51,059 bases of DNA from a virus (lineage: Duplodnaviria > Caudoviricetes), in IMG/VR virus record IMGVR_UViG_3300045738_001902, positions 1 through 51,059 of that record; one strand, 5' to 3'. Shown here piece after piece: positions 37,096-45,780 of the stretch (its first letter is position 1; every line of letters begins with the position of its first letter). Below the pieces are notes generated by a model that was given only the letters and a program-made list of their open reading frames with translations, did no database searches and was not told the origin of the DNA. The position numbers and the translations under genes were made by a program.

Positions 37096-37150
37096 TGCGC
37101 GGCAGCACCGGCAACGCATCGGAAGGACTGCGGATGGCGGGGAGCGGGCG

Positions 37151-37561
37151 ATGATGCTGCTCGCCGCCATCGCCGTCGCCCTGCGGGTCGCGCTGATCCT
37201 GATCGCCTGCGCAATGGTGGTCGGCCTGCGCGGCGAGATATGGGCGGTCGTGCGGCGCAGGTCGGGCTGGCAGGCGCATCTATCCACCGCGACCTTCACG
37301 GCGCTGGTGACCGCCGGCGCGGTCATTTCCTCGGTCAACGTCTTTCCCGATGCTGGCTGGGCGATCCCGCGCGAGGCTCGTCTCGCGGTGGTCAATATCG
37401 GGCTCGCCCTGTTCCTGATCGGCACGCTGACGGGGCTGTATCGCCGCGCGCTGCGCGCCGGGCCGGACAAGGCGCGGGCGGCATTTCTATCAGGGGTCGC
37501 GCTCCTGGTCCCCGGCGGGGGGCTTGTCGCACTGCTGACGGTGAGCGGAGCTAATGGCTAA
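37151..37561 (+). CDS. Membrane protein (about 4 TM), 136 aa, at the start of the lysis cassette
   Basis: RBS GGAG; four hydrophobic segments. Confidence 0.65.
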   Translation: MMLLAAIAVALRVALILIACAMVVGLRGEIWAVVRRRSGWQAHLSTATFTALVTAGAVISSVNVFPDAGWAIPREARLAVVNIGLALFLIGTLTGLYRRALRAGPDKARAAFLSGVALLVPGGGLVALLTVSGANG

Positions 37562-38001
37562 TGCCCTGGAGAGATATCCCGCCGCGCTGGTGGGCCGTGC
37601 TGGTCGGCGTGGCGTTCGGATCGCTGGCGCTGGTGAGCATCGACGGACCCAACAAGGGCTATGGCAAGGCGATCGTCGCCGGGCTGATGACGGCACCGGT
37701 GCTGGCGCTGATCGCAGGGGCCATGCTGCCGCCCGACACATCGGTGGAGATCGCCGCGCTGATCGGCGGGATCGCGGCGCTGGGCGGCACCGGCGTGATC
37801 ATGTCGGTGGCGCGCATGGCGCCATCGATCGTCACGGGAGGGCTGACGGGGATCGCCACCTCGTACCTGCATATCACCGGTTCCCGGCAGCCCGAGGAGC
37901 CGGATGTGACGCGCTATCGCATCGACGGGACACCAGCGGAGCCGGATCCCGAGCTGGACGCCCTGGCGCACGAATTCGACGAGAAGGATGAAAACCGATG
38001 A
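37561..38001 (+). CDS. Holin candidate (about 3 TM, acidic tail), 146 aa
   Basis: TAATG coupling; directly before the endolysin. Confidence 0.6.
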   Translation: MPWRDIPPRWWAVLVGVAFGSLALVSIDGPNKGYGKAIVAGLMTAPVLALIAGAMLPPDTSVEIAALIGGIAALGGTGVIMSVARMAPSIVTGGLTGIATSYLHITGSRQPEEPDVTRYRIDGTPAEPDPELDALAHEFDEKDENR

Positions 38002-38624
38002 GCGCTTTCGATCACGACGCCTTCATGCGCGAGTGGCGCAGCAAGCGCCTCGGCGACGGGGACAAGATCAGCCAGGCCGAATACGATCTGGTGCTGGCCG
38101 CGATCGGCGGGCGCTGGACGCCGCCGCCGGCAGAGCGCCCGGGCGAACCCGCGTGGCTGGCGATTGCCCGGACGTTGATCGGCCAGCGCGAGATCCCGGG
38201 CCCCAAGCACAACAGCTGGATCGCGAAGGGCTGGGCGCGGCTCGGCGCGGGTTGGTTCAGCAACGACGAGACGCCCTGGTGCGGCTTCTTCGTGGCGCAT
38301 TGCATCGACGCGGTCGGCTTGCCCTTTCCCGGCAAGGGGCTGTTCGCGCGGGCGAAGGCGTGGCTCGACTGGGGCAAGCCGTCGAAGCCGGTGCTGGGCG
38401 CGGTGGTGGTGTTCGGGCGAGCGGGCGGCGGGCATGTCGGCTTCCTCGTGGGTGAAAGCGCCAGCAACTGGTATGTGCTGGGCGGCAACCAGGCGAACGC
38501 GGTCAACATCACTCCGATCGCGAAGGCTCGCGCGCTGGGCTACCGCTGGCCCGCGTCGCTGCCCGAGTCCTCAACCCTGCTGCCGAAGATGAGCGGCGGC
38601 ACCGTCTCGGTGAACGAAGCGTGA
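37998..38624 (+). CDS. Endolysin, TIGR02594/NlpC-P60-like peptidase
   Basis: DETPWCGFFV, GHVGF and LGGNQ motifs. Confidence 0.88.
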   Translation: MSAFDHDAFMREWRSKRLGDGDKISQAEYDLVLAAIGGRWTPPPAERPGEPAWLAIARTLIGQREIPGPKHNSWIAKGWARLGAGWFSNDETPWCGFFVAHCIDAVGLPFPGKGLFARAKAWLDWGKPSKPVLGAVVVFGRAGGGHVGFLVGESASNWYVLGGNQANAVNITPIAKARALGYRWPASLPESSTLLPKMSGGTVSVNEA

Positions 38625-38854
38625 CGGGCTCGCCGCTCGACCGGCTGCGCCAGTTGGCGATCGTCGCGCTGGCGCTTCTGGCCGCGGGTGTGATCGTGTT
38701 CCTGCTGATGCTGATCTGGCCGACGCGTACCATCACCAGCGAGATGGCGGGATGGGCGACGGCAGCATTCCTCGCCCTGCGCGAATTCATTTCCAAGATC
38801 GAGAACATCGTCAACGGGCCGGCTTCGCCGCTGCCCGAGGAGAGGCCGCTATGA
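38621..38854 (+). CDS. Small 2-TM holin/antiholin candidate, 77 aa
   Basis: GTGA overlap; hydrophobic; between endolysin and spanins. Confidence 0.6.
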   Translation: MTGSPLDRLRQLAIVALALLAAGVIVFLLMLIWPTRTITSEMAGWATAAFLALREFISKIENIVNGPASPLPEERPL

Positions 38855-39216
38855 TTGGACTGATCGCCAAATTCCTGCTCGCCCGCAACCCGGCGCTGAC
38901 CCTCGCCCATGCCAAGCGGCTCGCGACCGGCCTGCTGATCCTGCTGGGCGTCTTGCTGCTGGTCGGCGGGGCGGCGCTGTGGCTGCATTTCCACGACCAA
39001 GGCGTCGAGGAGAAGGTGCTGCTCGAGCGCGACAATACGGATCTTCGCGCCAACGCCGCGGCGAACGAAACTGCCGGCGTATCGATGGCCGAGCGCGAGA
39101 AGATCGAAGCCCGCGAACAGAAGGAACTGGAAGATGAAGTGGATGAAGCCGAGGCTGCTGGTCGTAGCGCTGCCGATGATCTGTGGAGCGGCGACCTGTT
39201 CGACCCCGAGCCCTGA
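38851..39216 (+). CDS. i-spanin (Rz-like), 121 aa
   Basis: N-terminal TM followed by a charged coiled coil. Confidence 0.7.
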   Translation: MIGLIAKFLLARNPALTLAHAKRLATGLLILLGVLLLVGGAALWLHFHDQGVEEKVLLERDNTDLRANAAANETAGVSMAEREKIEAREQKELEDEVDEAEAAGRSAADDLWSGDLFDPEP

Positions 39217-39460
39217 ATTGGGGCTCGATCGCGGCGTCACCGCCAAATGCCCGCGCACGATCACCGCGCCGGGCGAGCTGGTGAACCGCGAAGTGCTGAC
39301 CCTGCCCGATGGCAGCAAGGTGGTGCCGATCGGCAATGCCGATGCGCGCGAGAACATGCTGGTGCGCGGCGCCCTGGTCTATCGCGATGGCTATCGCGCC
39401 TGCCGATCGGTGGTGATCTATGCCGAGGAGCGCGACGACGTGCTACGCGAGGGTGGTTGA
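39134..39460 (+). CDS. o-spanin (Rz1-like lipoprotein) candidate
   Basis: Overlaps the i-spanin 3' end in another frame; signal-like N-terminus with Cys (lipobox atypical); further Cys and Pro residues. Confidence 0.6.
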   Translation: MKWMKPRLLVVALPMICGAATCSTPSPELGLDRGVTAKCPRTITAPGELVNREVLTLPDGSKVVPIGNADARENMLVRGALVYRDGYRACRSVVIYAEERDDVLREGG

Positions 39461-39532
39461 GCTACAGGAGCCCGGCATTTCTAGGCTTCCTCAGCGGTCG
39501 CATTCCCGCTAACGGCTGCTGACGCAGACGGA

Positions 39533-39582
39533 CCATGTTGGAATTCCAACATGGAAGGTGTTGGAAGGTTTCACATGAAACC
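39533..39582. promoter_or_regulatory. Putative integrase arm-type sites (right arm)
   Basis: Perfect 22-bp palindrome CCATGTTGGAATTCCAACATGG at 39533-39554; TGTTGGAAGG at 39559-39568; palindrome GGTTTCA-CA-TGAAACC at 39567-39582. Confidence 0.65.
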
Positions 39583-39600
39583 ACGGATTTCCGGGCGTTT

Positions 39601-39674
39601 GCGGGTGTAGCTCAATGGTAGAGCAGCAGCTTCCCAAGCTGACGACGAGGGTTCGATTCCCTTCACCCGCTCCA
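39601..39674 (+). tRNA. tRNA-Gly(CCC); its 5' half is attR of the prophage and its 3' end is attL of island 2
   Basis: 74-nt cloverleaf; anticodon loop TTCCCAA; GGTTCGATTCC T arm; encoded CCA. Confidence 0.97.
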
Positions 39675-39819
39675 CAATCCTGAAATTGCCCCACAAAACC
39701 GCCATTCAGGAGGCGGTAGTGCGCACACCTTCATCCATAGCTTCTCACACGGCCTCTCACAGGCTGTCCGTATCCGTGAACAGGACGCCGAACGCGTTCG
39801 GCGAACGGGTTCGCTGAGG

Positions 39820-40035
39820 ATGCGAAAGATCAACTATCTGGTCCGTCGCGGGGCCCGTTATCATTTTCGTCGCAGATCGCCTTGCGACTACAAGTGTAGC
39901 CGTCCGATAAGCATTTCACTGGGTACTTCCGACCCCGTCGAGGCACGCCGTCTCGTCCGTCGGATGGCCGCGAAATGGGATGAATTGCAGATGGGAATGA
40001 TAGTGCAAATCGAACGAGGGCACCTCACAAGACGC
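39820..40035 (+). pseudogene. N-terminal stub of a tyrosine integrase (DUF6538-like domain)
   Basis: YLVRRGARYHFRRR.P......ISISLGTSDPVEARR; no catalytic domain follows. Confidence 0.7.
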
Positions 40036-40149
40036 AGCATACTGGTTGCCCCTCATCGCAACGTATACCGGCGCGTGCAGAGAGGAAGGGGCAGGCCTAG
40101 AGGTCGATGATTTCATGGCGCTGTTGGATGACGAGGTTTTCGGAAGGGC

Positions 40150-40656
40150 TTGGGCTGCGGACCCGCCGCGCTCCACACCGTCTACGAGATGACATCGGCC
40201 AAGCTGTTCGCCACCATCGTGCGGATCGTGCGCGGCCGCGAGCGTGCCGAGGACCTGCTGCAGGAGGTCTATGTCAAGGCGTGGCGCCGCGCCGGGCGAT
40301 TCGATCCCGCCAAGGGCAGCCCGATCACCTGGCTGTGCACGATCGCCCGCAACACCGCGCTCAACGACCTGCGCCGCGAGAGCCGCAGCGCCGAACTCGC
40401 GGGAGACGAATTGCCCGAGGTCGCCGACGAGACCGTGCTGCCCGCCGACGACTGGCTGTGCGCCAGCGAGGACAGCGCCGAACTTGCCCGCTGCCTCGAG
40501 CAATTGCAGGCCGACCATCGCCGTTCGATCAAGCTCGCCTTCTTCGATGGCTTCAGCCACTCCGAACTGGCGCACAAACTCGAGGTCCCGCTGGGCACGA
40601 TGAAGAGCTGGATCAGGCGCGGGCTCGCCGGGCTGAAGGGCTGCCTGGGTGGCTGA
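40150..40656 (+). CDS. ECF sigma factor (SigK-like), probably 5'-truncated
   Basis: AEDLLQEVYVKAW, TWLCTIARN, HSELAHKLEVPLGTMKSWIRRGL; in-frame TGA at 40129 and a composition shift near 40160. Confidence 0.8.
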   Translation: MGCGPAALHTVYEMTSAKLFATIVRIVRGRERAEDLLQEVYVKAWRRAGRFDPAKGSPITWLCTIARNTALNDLRRESRSAELAGDELPEVADETVLPADDWLCASEDSAELARCLEQLQADHRRSIKLAFFDGFSHSELAHKLEVPLGTMKSWIRRGLAGLKGCLGG

Positions 40657-41410
40657 CACGTTCGATCCCACCGCCGGCGATCCCGCAGCCGACGATCCCT
40701 TCATCCGCGCCGGCGAATATGCGCTGGGCGTGCTCGAAGGCGGCGAACTCGCCATTGCGCAGCGTGAGCTGCTGGCCGATCGCGGTTTTGCCGAGGCGGT
40801 CGAATGGTGGGAGCAGCGGTTCGCCGCCATGGCCGAACAGGCCGGCGAATATCTTCCTTCGGCCTCGGTCTGGCGCGGGGTCGAGGCGCGGCTCGATGCG
40901 GAGAGCGGGACCGCTGCCGCCGAACCCGTGGTCCTGCCGGACGGTCGGGCAGCAAATTGGAGCCTCGCGGCGCTGGTGACCGGTGGCGCGCTGGCCGCGG
41001 GAGCGCTGGCGCTGTTCCTCGCGACGCCGCGCCCGTCCGAGGTGGTGGTGCCCGATATCGCCGCCGCGCCTTCCGAGTGGCTGATCGCGCAATTGCAGGA
41101 TGCCGAGACCGAGCGCAGGCTCGCCAGCGTGGTCGATGTCGAGAACCGCAGGCTGGCGCTGACTATCGCCGGGCTCGAAGCCGAGCCGGGGCAGACCCCC
41201 GAATTGTGGGTGATCCCCGCCGGCGGCGCACCCGTCTCGCTGGGTGCGATCCCCGAAAGCGGTCGCTTCCAGCGCGACCTGTCGGCGGCGGAGAGCGATC
41301 TGCTGGTCGGGGGCGCGTCGCTCGCGGTCACCTACGAGGCGGACAGCGGTGTGCGCCACCAAGCGCCGACCCTGCCGATCCTGCTGGTTGGGGAACTCGA
41401 CCGGATCTGA
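40649..41410 (+). CDS. Anti-sigma factor (RskA-like), 253 aa
   Basis: AGEYALGVL, one TM, ELWVIP...PVSLG, LAVTYE. Confidence 0.88.
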   Translation: MADTFDPTAGDPAADDPFIRAGEYALGVLEGGELAIAQRELLADRGFAEAVEWWEQRFAAMAEQAGEYLPSASVWRGVEARLDAESGTAAAEPVVLPDGRAANWSLAALVTGGALAAGALALFLATPRPSEVVVPDIAAAPSEWLIAQLQDAETERRLASVVDVENRRLALTIAGLEAEPGQTPELWVIPAGGAPVSLGAIPESGRFQRDLSAAESDLLVGGASLAVTYEADSGVRHQAPTLPILLVGELDRI

Positions 41411-41463
41411 GCGTTATAGATCGGGCGCTTGCTTCACGTTCAAAAGCAATTTTCGTCGGGGCC

Positions 41464-41490
41464 TGCATCCGGTCCGGCCCCGACGGGGTA
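41464..41490 (+). promoter_or_regulatory. Putative ECF-dependent promoter of the adhesin
   Basis: TGCATCC-N16-GGTA resembles CATCC...CGTA promoters of SigK-like ECFs. Confidence 0.45.
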
Positions 41491-41625
41491 GCTGCGCCCG
41501 CCTTCTTCGAAAGAAGGCAGCCGAAACCTGCGGGGTTTCGCGCAGTGGGGCCCCTCGCGAGTTCTGCTGGGGAGGGGATGTCCCGCGTCGATCGGCTTTC
41601 TGGTCCATAATGGAAGGAAAGTACT

Positions 41626-43542
41626 ATGAAGATCACGACCAATACCCGCCTTGCGACAACGCTGCTGGCGGGCGCCGCCATGTTCGCCATCACCTCGCCC
41701 GCCCAGGCCGATCCCACCCCCGAATGCAATGATTCCGAAACCAATGCGACCGAATGCGGCAGCGATTCCGACGCAACCGCAGCGGGCGCAACCGCGGTCG
41801 GCAATGGCGCGGTCGCGGATGGCGTCGATGCCGTCGCCGTGGGCAGCGACGATGCGGGCGCCGCTCCGGCTACCGCGACCGGGCCCTCGACCACCGCGAT
41901 AGGCGGCGAAAGCCTCGCCAGCGGCCCGGGTGCGACCGCGCTCGGCTGGCGTGCCGCCGCCGACGCCGAACGCGCGACCGCGCTGGGTCACCTCGCCACC
42001 GCGCAGGGCGTTCGTTCGACCGCTGTCGGCGAGAACGCCGATGCGCAGACCGACTTCAGCACCGCGATCGGCAATGAATCGATCGCCAATGGCGTCGACG
42101 CGTTGGCGGTCGGCGACACCGCCGTCGCCATGGGCAATTCCACGACCGCCGTCGGCGGCGAGAGCGTGGCGATGAACCCGGGTTCGAGCGCCTTCGGCTG
42201 GCAGGCCGAGGCGAACGGCGAACGCTCCACCGCGATCGGCCATCTGGCGCAATCGGGAGGCTTTGCCTCCACTTCGATGGGTGAAGCGGCCGCGGCGCTT
42301 GGTCGCGGCGGCATCGCCATCGGCGGGAACACCGATGGGGGCGCCTTCGGCGCGCTGGCCACCGACGATGCCGGCATTGCGCTGGGCAGCGATTCCGAAG
42401 CGCGCCAAGCCGGCGCGATTGCTATCGGCAGCGATGCCGATGGTGGTGGCGACGGCGCGGTTGCCAACGGCGTGGACGCCTTGGCGCTTGGTGCAGATGC
42501 CATGGCGATCGGAAACTCGACCACCGCGCTCGGCGGCGAAAGCCTTGCCAACACGCCGGGTTCGACAGCACTTGGCTGGCAGGCGGTTGCCACGGGTGCG
42601 ATGGGCACTGCGGTCGGCCACCAGTCCACCGCTTCGGGCGATCAGAGCTTCGCCGGCGGCGAGGATTCGGTCGCATCGGGCAGCAATTCGGTCGCCATCG
42701 GCAACACCGCACAGGCGACCGGCGGCGATTCGATCGCAATCGGCGGCAATCGCGACGGTGCCACCGGCTTCTCGACAATAGCCAGCGGGCCCTCGACCAC
42801 AGTGGTCGGCGGCCAGTCCTCGGCGATCGGCGCGGGCGCCACCGCCTATGGCTGGCGCGCCAACGCCACCGCCGAGCGGGCCACCGCGCTGGGCCATCTC
42901 GCCACCGCATCGGGCGTCCGCTCGGTTTCGGTCGGCGAAGCCGCCACCGCGAGCGGCGACGGTGCGATCGCAATGGGCAATCAGGCCGTCGCATCGGGGG
43001 TGAACTCGGTCGCAATCGGCAATGGTGCCACCGCCACCAACGACGGCCAAGTCGTGGTCGCCTCGCTGGGCGCCAGCAGCACCTCGCAGATCGGCCCGAT
43101 CGCGGTGGTCACCGCGGATGCCAACGGCACGCTGGGGGTCAGCTCCTCCGCAGGACTGAGCAATCTCGCGAGCTTCTCCGCCGTCCAGGCCAACAGCACC
43201 GCGATCGCGGGCAATTCCGCCCTGATTGCTGGGAACAGCAGCGCGATCATGGGTCTGCAGGATCGCCAGAGTGTGCTGTTCGATCTGGCGCAGGAGAACA
43301 GCACCCAGGCGCGGCGAGCCAATGAAGGCGTCGCGCTGGCGCTGGCGATGGAATCGCCGGTCATCATGCCGGGCAAAACCTTCGGCGTGGCCGGCGGCTT
43401 CGGCTATTACAACGACCGCGTCGCGGGCTCGGCGTCCTTCGGGCTGCGGGTCAGCGAAAGCACCGCGGTGACCGGCGGCGTCGGGGTCGGCTTCGACTCG
43501 GGCGAGGTCGGCGCGCGCGCCGGTTTCCAGGCCTCCTGGTAA
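41626..43542 (+). CDS. Trimeric autotransporter adhesin (YadA-like), 638 aa
   Basis: Signal peptide; many ~14-aa (S/A)TA(I/L/V)G head repeats; short coiled coil; GVALALAM anchor and terminal GFQASW. Confidence 0.92.
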   Translation: MKITTNTRLATTLLAGAAMFAITSPAQADPTPECNDSETNATECGSDSDATAAGATAVGNGAVADGVDAVAVGSDDAGAAPATATGPSTTAIGGESLASGPGATALGWRAAADAERATALGHLATAQGVRSTAVGENADAQTDFSTAIGNESIANGVDALAVGDTAVAMGNSTTAVGGESVAMNPGSSAFGWQAEANGERSTAIGHLAQSGGFASTSMGEAAAALGRGGIAIGGNTDGGAFGALATDDAGIALGSDSEARQAGAIAIGSDADGGGDGAVANGVDALALGADAMAIGNSTTALGGESLANTPGSTALGWQAVATGAMGTAVGHQSTASGDQSFAGGEDSVASGSNSVAIGNTAQATGGDSIAIGGNRDGATGFSTIASGPSTTVVGGQSSAIGAGATAYGWRANATAERATALGHLATASGVRSVSVGEAATASGDGAIAMGNQAVASGVNSVAIGNGATATNDGQVVVASLGASSTSQIGPIAVVTADANGTLGVSSSAGLSNLASFSAVQANSTAIAGNSALIAGNSSAIMGLQDRQSVLFDLAQENSTQARRANEGVALALAMESPVIMPGKTFGVAGGFGYYNDRVAGSASFGLRVSESTAVTGGVGVGFDSGEVGARAGFQASW

Positions 43543-43583
43543 GCCGCGCACCGGTTCGAGGGCATTCCTGCGGACCAGGAAGG

Positions 43584-43617
43584 AAGGGGGCGGGGCGTCA
43601 TGCCTCGCCCCCTTTTT
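43584..43617 (+). terminator. Rho-independent terminator
   Basis: AAGGGGGCGGGGC-GTCAT-GCCTCGCCCCCTT followed by a T run. Confidence 0.85.
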
Positions 43618-43934
43618 CCTCTTTCCTATTGTTAGCGGTGCAGACTGGACGGGCGAGGGCAACGCCAAAATGTCCGCTTTCGCAACTATGAACAATCGGC
43701 AGGTTTCGGGACTACCCGGCGATCCGCTGAATGGCCGAAATTAGGACGCAAAGCGGAACTTCCGGAGGTGGGCCGGGAGCGGGCTGTCTGCTCTAAGCCA
43801 GATGACCAGCTCGACCGGATACTAAAATCCTAATTTCACCCGCGCTGCTGGTTTATAGCTACTTGCCCTGCGGTGCTTTCGTGGAGCCTCGCTAACTGCT
43901 TGGATTTCCTACCGGAACTGCGTAAACAATCTCC

Positions 43935-44909
43935 ATGAGGGCCCCGTATAAAATAGATCTCGATGGCCTGAACGCTGTTCTGCGAACAGCCTTAGATGCG
44001 ACGGTCGTCATGGATACCAATGGTGTCATCCGAGGTTGGAACGCGATTGCCGTGCGCACCTTTGGACATTCCGCCGAAGAGGTTTTGGGAAAGAGAATGA
44101 GCGAAGTGATCATCCCCGCTCGCTATCGCGACGCGCATGAGAGCGGACTGACCAAATTCCTCGCTACCGGTGAAGGGCCTGTGCTGGACAAGCACATAGA
44201 AATTGAAGGGCTCCATGCAGGCGGGTCCGAGCTTCCGATCGAACTGTCCATCACGCACACTGTCAAATTCGGACAACCGCTTTTCATCGGATTCTTGCGC
44301 GATATCAGCGATCGTCGACGAGCGGAAAAGACTCGTCAGGTTATGGTCGATGAGCTCAATCATCGGGTGAAAAACTTGCTGGGTGTGGTGTCCGGGCTGG
44401 CCCATCAAACACTGAAGTCAGCCAATTCTCTGGACCAGTTCGGCGAGGATTTTACCGGCCGACTTGCAGCGCTGGGACGGAGTCACGAGCTGCTGACCGC
44501 AGTAAGTTGGGAAGATGCCTCGCTGCACGATCTGGTCGATGCGTTGATCGAACCCTACGCCGGGTCAAAAGGACGTATAGCGTTCGATGGTCCGCCCTTG
44601 CTCCTTCCTCCCAAGCATTTTCTGGCCTTGAGCATGATCGTTTACGAGCTGCTGACCAACGCGATCAAGTATGGCGCATTATCGACCGACCGAGGCGGTT
44701 TGGAAATCGCATGGACCATTGCCGAGGGGCATATCGACTTCGATTGGATGGAGGGTGGCGATGTCGTTCCTTCACCACCAGCACAAAAGGGTTTCGGCAC
44801 ACGCATGATCGACTTCAGCGCACGTCACGACTTATCGGGTGAGGCGCATTGGAACTGGACGCCCACCGGATTGGTTTTCGGGTTACGCTTTCCGCTTCCT
44901 GGACCTTAA
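43935..44909 (+). CDS. PAS-domain HWE-family histidine kinase, 324 aa
   Basis: PAS (WN...FGHSAEEVLGK); ELNHRVKN, ELLTNAIKYGAL, WMEGG, GFG. Confidence 0.92.
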   Translation: MRAPYKIDLDGLNAVLRTALDATVVMDTNGVIRGWNAIAVRTFGHSAEEVLGKRMSEVIIPARYRDAHESGLTKFLATGEGPVLDKHIEIEGLHAGGSELPIELSITHTVKFGQPLFIGFLRDISDRRRAEKTRQVMVDELNHRVKNLLGVVSGLAHQTLKSANSLDQFGEDFTGRLAALGRSHELLTAVSWEDASLHDLVDALIEPYAGSKGRIAFDGPPLLLPPKHFLALSMIVYELLTNAIKYGALSTDRGGLEIAWTIAEGHIDFDWMEGGDVVPSPPAQKGFGTRMIDFSARHDLSGEAHWNWTPTGLVFGLRFPLPGP

Positions 44910-45018
44910 AATGACTTCGATTCTACCCTACCGACCGAACTCGATATGCTCTTCGTCGCAATGCTCGGGCCCGCCGCCACATCGCCGGCCGAGTGACCGA
45001 AATGAATTTACCGCTGAG

Positions 45019-45399
45019 ATGATCAGAACGAATGTTCTTGTCGTGGAAGACGAGATGATGATCGCATGGCAAGTCCGCGATCTTCTGGAAGATTTGGGCT
45101 TTGAAGCCGTTCAAACTGTGGGCAAGTTCGAAGATGCCCTAGCCGTAGCGGAGCGTAGCCCTCCTACTTTGTTGATCTGCGACGTTAACCTTGGCTCTGG
45201 TCCAGATGGTATTGCGACTGCTTCAGCGATTGCATCTCACAAAGTCGTCGAGGTGATTTTCATCACAGGATACGCTGGGGATGAAATACGCTCACGGGTC
45301 GAGCGATTCGATCCAGGGGCAAAACTCCTGCGAAAGCCAATCCAAGCGAAATTCCTGAAGGACGCTATCTTACAAGTGCTCGGTCGGAAACCAAACTGA
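45019..45399 (+). CDS. Single-domain response regulator, 126 aa
   Basis: VLVVEDE, ICDVNL..GPDG, IFITG, RKP. Confidence 0.88.
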   Translation: MIRTNVLVVEDEMMIAWQVRDLLEDLGFEAVQTVGKFEDALAVAERSPPTLLICDVNLGSGPDGIATASAIASHKVVEVIFITGYAGDEIRSRVERFDPGAKLLRKPIQAKFLKDAILQVLGRKPN

Positions 45400-45780
45400 G
45401 ATTCGAATGTCTTGTCGCTAGCCATCAACCACGTGCAACTCTTTAGAGGTTCGGCGATATTCAAGTGATGGTTATTGGACTCCTTCTGCTCGACGCCGCC
45501 CGGTCGTCTCAGATACTAAAATATGACAACTCACTGCAATTGGTCGGTCACTGTGGAATTCTCAAGCACAAGCGCGCGCTATTTGCAGCGTTCGGTTGCT
45601 TGGAGACGGTGGGTGCCGAGAGGTCGATAGCGGCATGGAGGACTTTGATGTCTGTCGCTCCGTAGACCCGAATTCTCAGCAGCGTCGGCAGCCGGTGTAA
45701 ACCAGGATGTAAGCTTTGGCCCACCTGCACAGGCTCGCCGTCGCAAAATAAAACTCTCGACTAGCAGTTGTTCAATTTCC

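Larger units (their letters stand above)
263..39637. mobile_element. Temperate podovirus-type prophage (~39.3 kb) integrated in tRNA-Gly(CCC)
   Basis: 37-bp direct repeats at both ends; integrase next to attL; immunity, replication, packaging, head, tail and lysis modules in order with no obvious disruption. Confidence 0.95.

Noticed and set aside
31624-37470. 1948-aa minus-strand ORF and other long antisense ORFs (8882-11167, 15829-17691, 28199-30637, 41440-43695)
   Set aside because: Shadow frames of GC-rich genes; the opposite strand carries recognisable motifs
34249-39600. Diversity-generating retroelement as in BPP-1-like phages
   Set aside because: No reverse transcriptase ORF and no template/variable repeat pair seen
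41780-43040. Nucleotide repeats inside the adhesin
   Set aside because: Explained by YadA-type head repeats
43935-44330. LOV photoreceptor call for the PAS domain
   Set aside because: No GxNCRFLQ motif
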